DNA of 64,000 nt, taken from contig CBDCXL010000002.1 in NCBI GenBank assembly GCA_965223795.1, forward strand, positions 3,168,001 through 3,232,000, read 5' to 3'. Position 1 is the stretch's first letter, and the number at the start of each line of letters is the position of its first letter. Positions 59,893 through 64,000 of the stretch are shown here, piece after piece. The notes under the pieces are model-generated. The model worked only from the letters and a program-made list of their open reading frames with translations, had not been told where the DNA came from and did no database searches. The position numbers were made by a program, and so were the translations under genes. This stretch comes from Nitrospinales bacterium. GTDB taxonomy: Bacteria > Nitrospinota > Nitrospinia > Nitrospinales > VA-1.

Positions 59893-60077
59893 AGTACCTC
59901 GCTTGCTTTTGCGGTTTTTGGGTTTAAAAATTCTTTTCTTTAAATGGGGACTTTTATTGAAGTCCGCAAACGGGTCCCAGGGCCTCCCGCTTTGCCCCGG
60001 CAGGAGAACGCTGTCCCTGTAATAAACAGCCCGGATTGGGTAACTATTTGATATATGGAACCCTTAATGATTTAGTT

Positions 60078-60094
60078 AGCAAGCCTTATGCCAA
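60078..60094 (-). promoter_or_regulatory. Sigma54 (-24/-12) promoter
   Basis: Minus strand TTGGCATAAGGCTTGCT, near-consensus with exact spacing. Confidence 0.75.
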
Positions 60095-60561
60095 ATTGAG
60101 GCCGTTGCAAAACCGCGAGTTATCGGAAGCTTTCCGGGAAAAAAGCCGGAAAAAGTTATGAAAAATCAGACAGTGCCGTTTTTGGGGTATTCGTTGCGCC
60201 GGGCGGTTTTTTCTCCAGGCTGGCGGAATCGGTTCCGGCGGCGGGGGCGGATTCAGGCCGAACCGGTTTTCTGTCTGATCCGAAAATGGGAGACATCCTG
60301 AAAACCGGCCGGTTGCCGGGCGTCATTGCGGGGCCGGTTTTTTGCGAAAGCATTTGAGTGCACCGGCGACAATGAGATATCTTTTGAAAAGGGGATGGTT
60401 AGGAAAATACTTTTGTCCGCGTTCCAGGCGCGTCATAAAATACGTTTGCATCTGGCTGGAAGGTTCGTGGCGGAACCCGCATCCGGAACGCATCCGGCGG
60501 CGGACGTTGCGAACCTGGGAGAGGAAAACCGTTCCATTTTTCTATAAAAAAGGAGCCGGAA

Positions 60562-61089
60562 ATGAATCGTGTACTGCAAACCCGCCTGGGAATCGGGGTT
60601 CTGTTGCTTGCGGGCCTTCTCGGGTGCTCTCCCAGTATCAAGTTCACCAAGCCTCTGGTCGAACTGTCGCAGGCCGGGGATCCGATCCCCTCTAAAGTCC
60701 AGTCGCCTGTGGAAATCTGCATGGACGTGCAGGGCTACATCCTGCGGCCGGCGGAATTCGACATCCTCGACAAGCCCAAGCAGCAGGCGAAAAACACCAG
60801 CCTGGATGTCTCCTCGGACGACAGCTACGGCGGCGAGTTCCGCAAAAACCTGGTGGACCCCAGCTCCGGACATTACCACCTGTTGATCGACGTCCCCCTC
60901 GTCGCGGGCGAGGAGGTCAACCTGCATCGCAAAAAGGACGCCAATCACATCCCGATGGTGGACGGCTCGCGCTGCAAAACCCTGCACCTGGATCCCGGCA
61001 TGCACCGGATCCGCGCGGTGTTCGCCCACGGCAACCATGTGCCGGTCAAGCCTCTGCTCACCAACACTCTGACTGTGATCGTGGAATGA
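60562..61089 (+). CDS. DUF4399-like lipoprotein
   Basis: AGGAG RBS, lipobox LLG-C, GHYHLLID, LDPGMHRI..FAHGNHVP. Confidence 0.75.
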   Translation: MNRVLQTRLGIGVLLLAGLLGCSPSIKFTKPLVELSQAGDPIPSKVQSPVEICMDVQGYILRPAEFDILDKPKQQAKNTSLDVSSDDSYGGEFRKNLVDPSSGHYHLLIDVPLVAGEEVNLHRKKDANHIPMVDGSRCKTLHLDPGMHRIRAVFAHGNHVPVKPLLTNTLTVIVE

Positions 61090-61200
61090 CTCCTCGCCGG
61101 AGGGGCGGTTTGCTCACGTTGGGCAACACGATCTGGCTTGAATGCCCGCGTTCGTGAATCTCCCGGCTCCTGGGCGGAGGGCGTGATTGCTCACGTCGTG
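61090..61200 (+). repeat. Two more copies of the intergenic repeat
   Basis: ctcctcgccggaggggcggtttgctcacgttgggc (61090) and ctcctgggcggagggcgtgattgctcacg (61167). Confidence 0.75.
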
Positions 61201-61285
61201 CGATGCTTCTTGATAATGATTCGGTGTCGCCCGCCGCTCCACATTTTCTGAGGAAGTCCTGCATGCTGCTGATTTTTGAAACTCC

Positions 61286-61525
61286 ATGAAAACGCTGAGC
61301 GGCTGGACCCGGCTGGGGATCGTCGCCGTGATCCTTGCCGTTCTCTCCCAGGTGCTGCCGCTGCTCAAAATCCACCGCTTCACGCCTTTCAATTCCGGCG
61401 TGTCGGTGGTGATCGCGCTGCTGGCGCTGGGCTGGCTCGGTTACACGGTGTTTGTGTGGGTGGCCGCGGGGTTTGAGCGGTCCGGCGGGAGGCGGAGCAA
61501 CGGCGGGGACGATCCCGCCGCCTGA
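61286..61525 (+). CDS. Hypothetical small 2-TM protein
   Basis: Two hydrophobic segments; converges on typA; weak RBS. Confidence 0.55.
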   Translation: MKTLSGWTRLGIVAVILAVLSQVLPLLKIHRFTPFNSGVSVVIALLALGWLGYTVFVWVAAGFERSGGRRSNGGDDPAA

Positions 61526-61529
61526 GTGG

Positions 61530-63353
<1,824 letters not shown>

Positions 63354-63555
63354 GGTTCTATTTTGATGGTCTGATCTGCGGGGGGCCGCGGAGGTGAAAG
63401 GGATGCTTTGAACAAAGCAAACCATTGTAGCGTCTGCGCCGGGAAAAAACCAATAAAAACACGCGCGCCAGGGGGGCGGCGGGGATACAGGCCGGTCGCG
63501 GCCGGTCTGGCGATGCGTTGGAAAAGCCCGCAATATCCGGCGCGGGGACGATGGA

Positions 63556-64000
63556 TCAGGCCTGGGTGGACTTGAACAGGTACTCGAAAAAATAGCAGTA
63601 GGCGAATATCGGCAGGGGCAGTCCGATGAGGGTGCCGATCAGGTAATGGCGGAAGCGCACTTTTGAGAGGGCGAGGGCGTAGTTCAGCACGGGGACGGTC
63701 TGAAACAGCAGGCGCAGGGTGGTGATGGAGCCGATCGGATGCGCGTCGAGCCTGGAGAAGATTTTATCGGCGATCCGGTTTTCCAGGCTTCTGAGCGCGT
63801 TTCCGCCAACGGCGCGGATGAGAAAATAACTGAGCGTGCAGGAGGTGAGGGCGGCAATGTAGGTGGTGAGGCCGCCCCATTCCTTCCCCAGCGCCAGCAC
63901 GGCGGCGACGAGGAACACCCATCCCGGAACGTATAAAAGATTGCCGATGCTGAACACCAGACAGAACAGAACGATGGCAATCAGCCTGTGCTGGTCGAAC
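63556..64000 (-). CDS. TVP38/TMEM64 (DedA superfamily) membrane protein, 5' end outside window
   Basis: VPG, LRL...P..NYAL, VRFRHYLIGTLIG motifs. Confidence 0.8.
   Translation of the reverse strand, partial: FDQHRLIAIVLFCLVFSIGNLLYVPGWVFLVAAVLALGKEWGGLTTYIAALTSCTLSYFLIRAVGGNALRSLENRIADKIFSRLDAHPIGSITTLRLLFQTVPVLNYALALSKVRFRHYLIGTLIGLPLPIFAYCYFFEYLFKSTQA

Noticed and set aside
57761..61200. CRISPR interpretation of the intergenic repeats
   Set aside because: Degenerate copies, irregular spacing, no cas genes

Overview
Bacterial chromosomal window dominated by a ~51 kb mosaic surface-polysaccharide (EPS/capsule/O-glycan) region, followed by ~12 kb of metabolic and housekeeping genes. 1-22.2 kb is a GC-rich, mostly minus-strand cluster: tandem asnB-like amidotransferases, GT4/GT2 glycosyltransferases, a Wzy/ligase-like protein, a deacetylase, a MurJ-like flippase, ugd, uge, a WbpA/WbpB-WbpD/WbpE di-N-acetyl-uronic-acid pathway, a PGT-PglF fusion and a PL1 lyase lipoprotein on the + strand. 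24-27.4 kb holds an outer-membrane beta-barrel, a periplasmic OPX (Wza) and endonuclease I. About 27.5-49.5 kb is a visibly AT-rich island: PGT, split transketolase, DegT aminotransferase, wzy-wzc-wzx, two deacetylases, asnB, GTs, two FemAB/GNAT proteins and a DMFase-like protein. At the island's right edge lies the best candidate for new biology: a NamH/CMAH-type MBL-Rieske nucleotide-sugar hydroxylase fused in frame to an IS3-type transposase HTH. The rest contains an ALDH, a ThDP enzyme, gdhA, exported msrAB, a collagen-like membrane protein, a sigma54-driven tandem Tll0287 di-heme protein, a DUF4399 lipoprotein, typA and a partial TVP38 gene. No rRNA, tRNA, CRISPR array or intact mobile element was recognised. 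All family calls come from motif recognition by eye; no database searches were run. A Nitrospina-like or deltaproteobacterial origin is only an impression.
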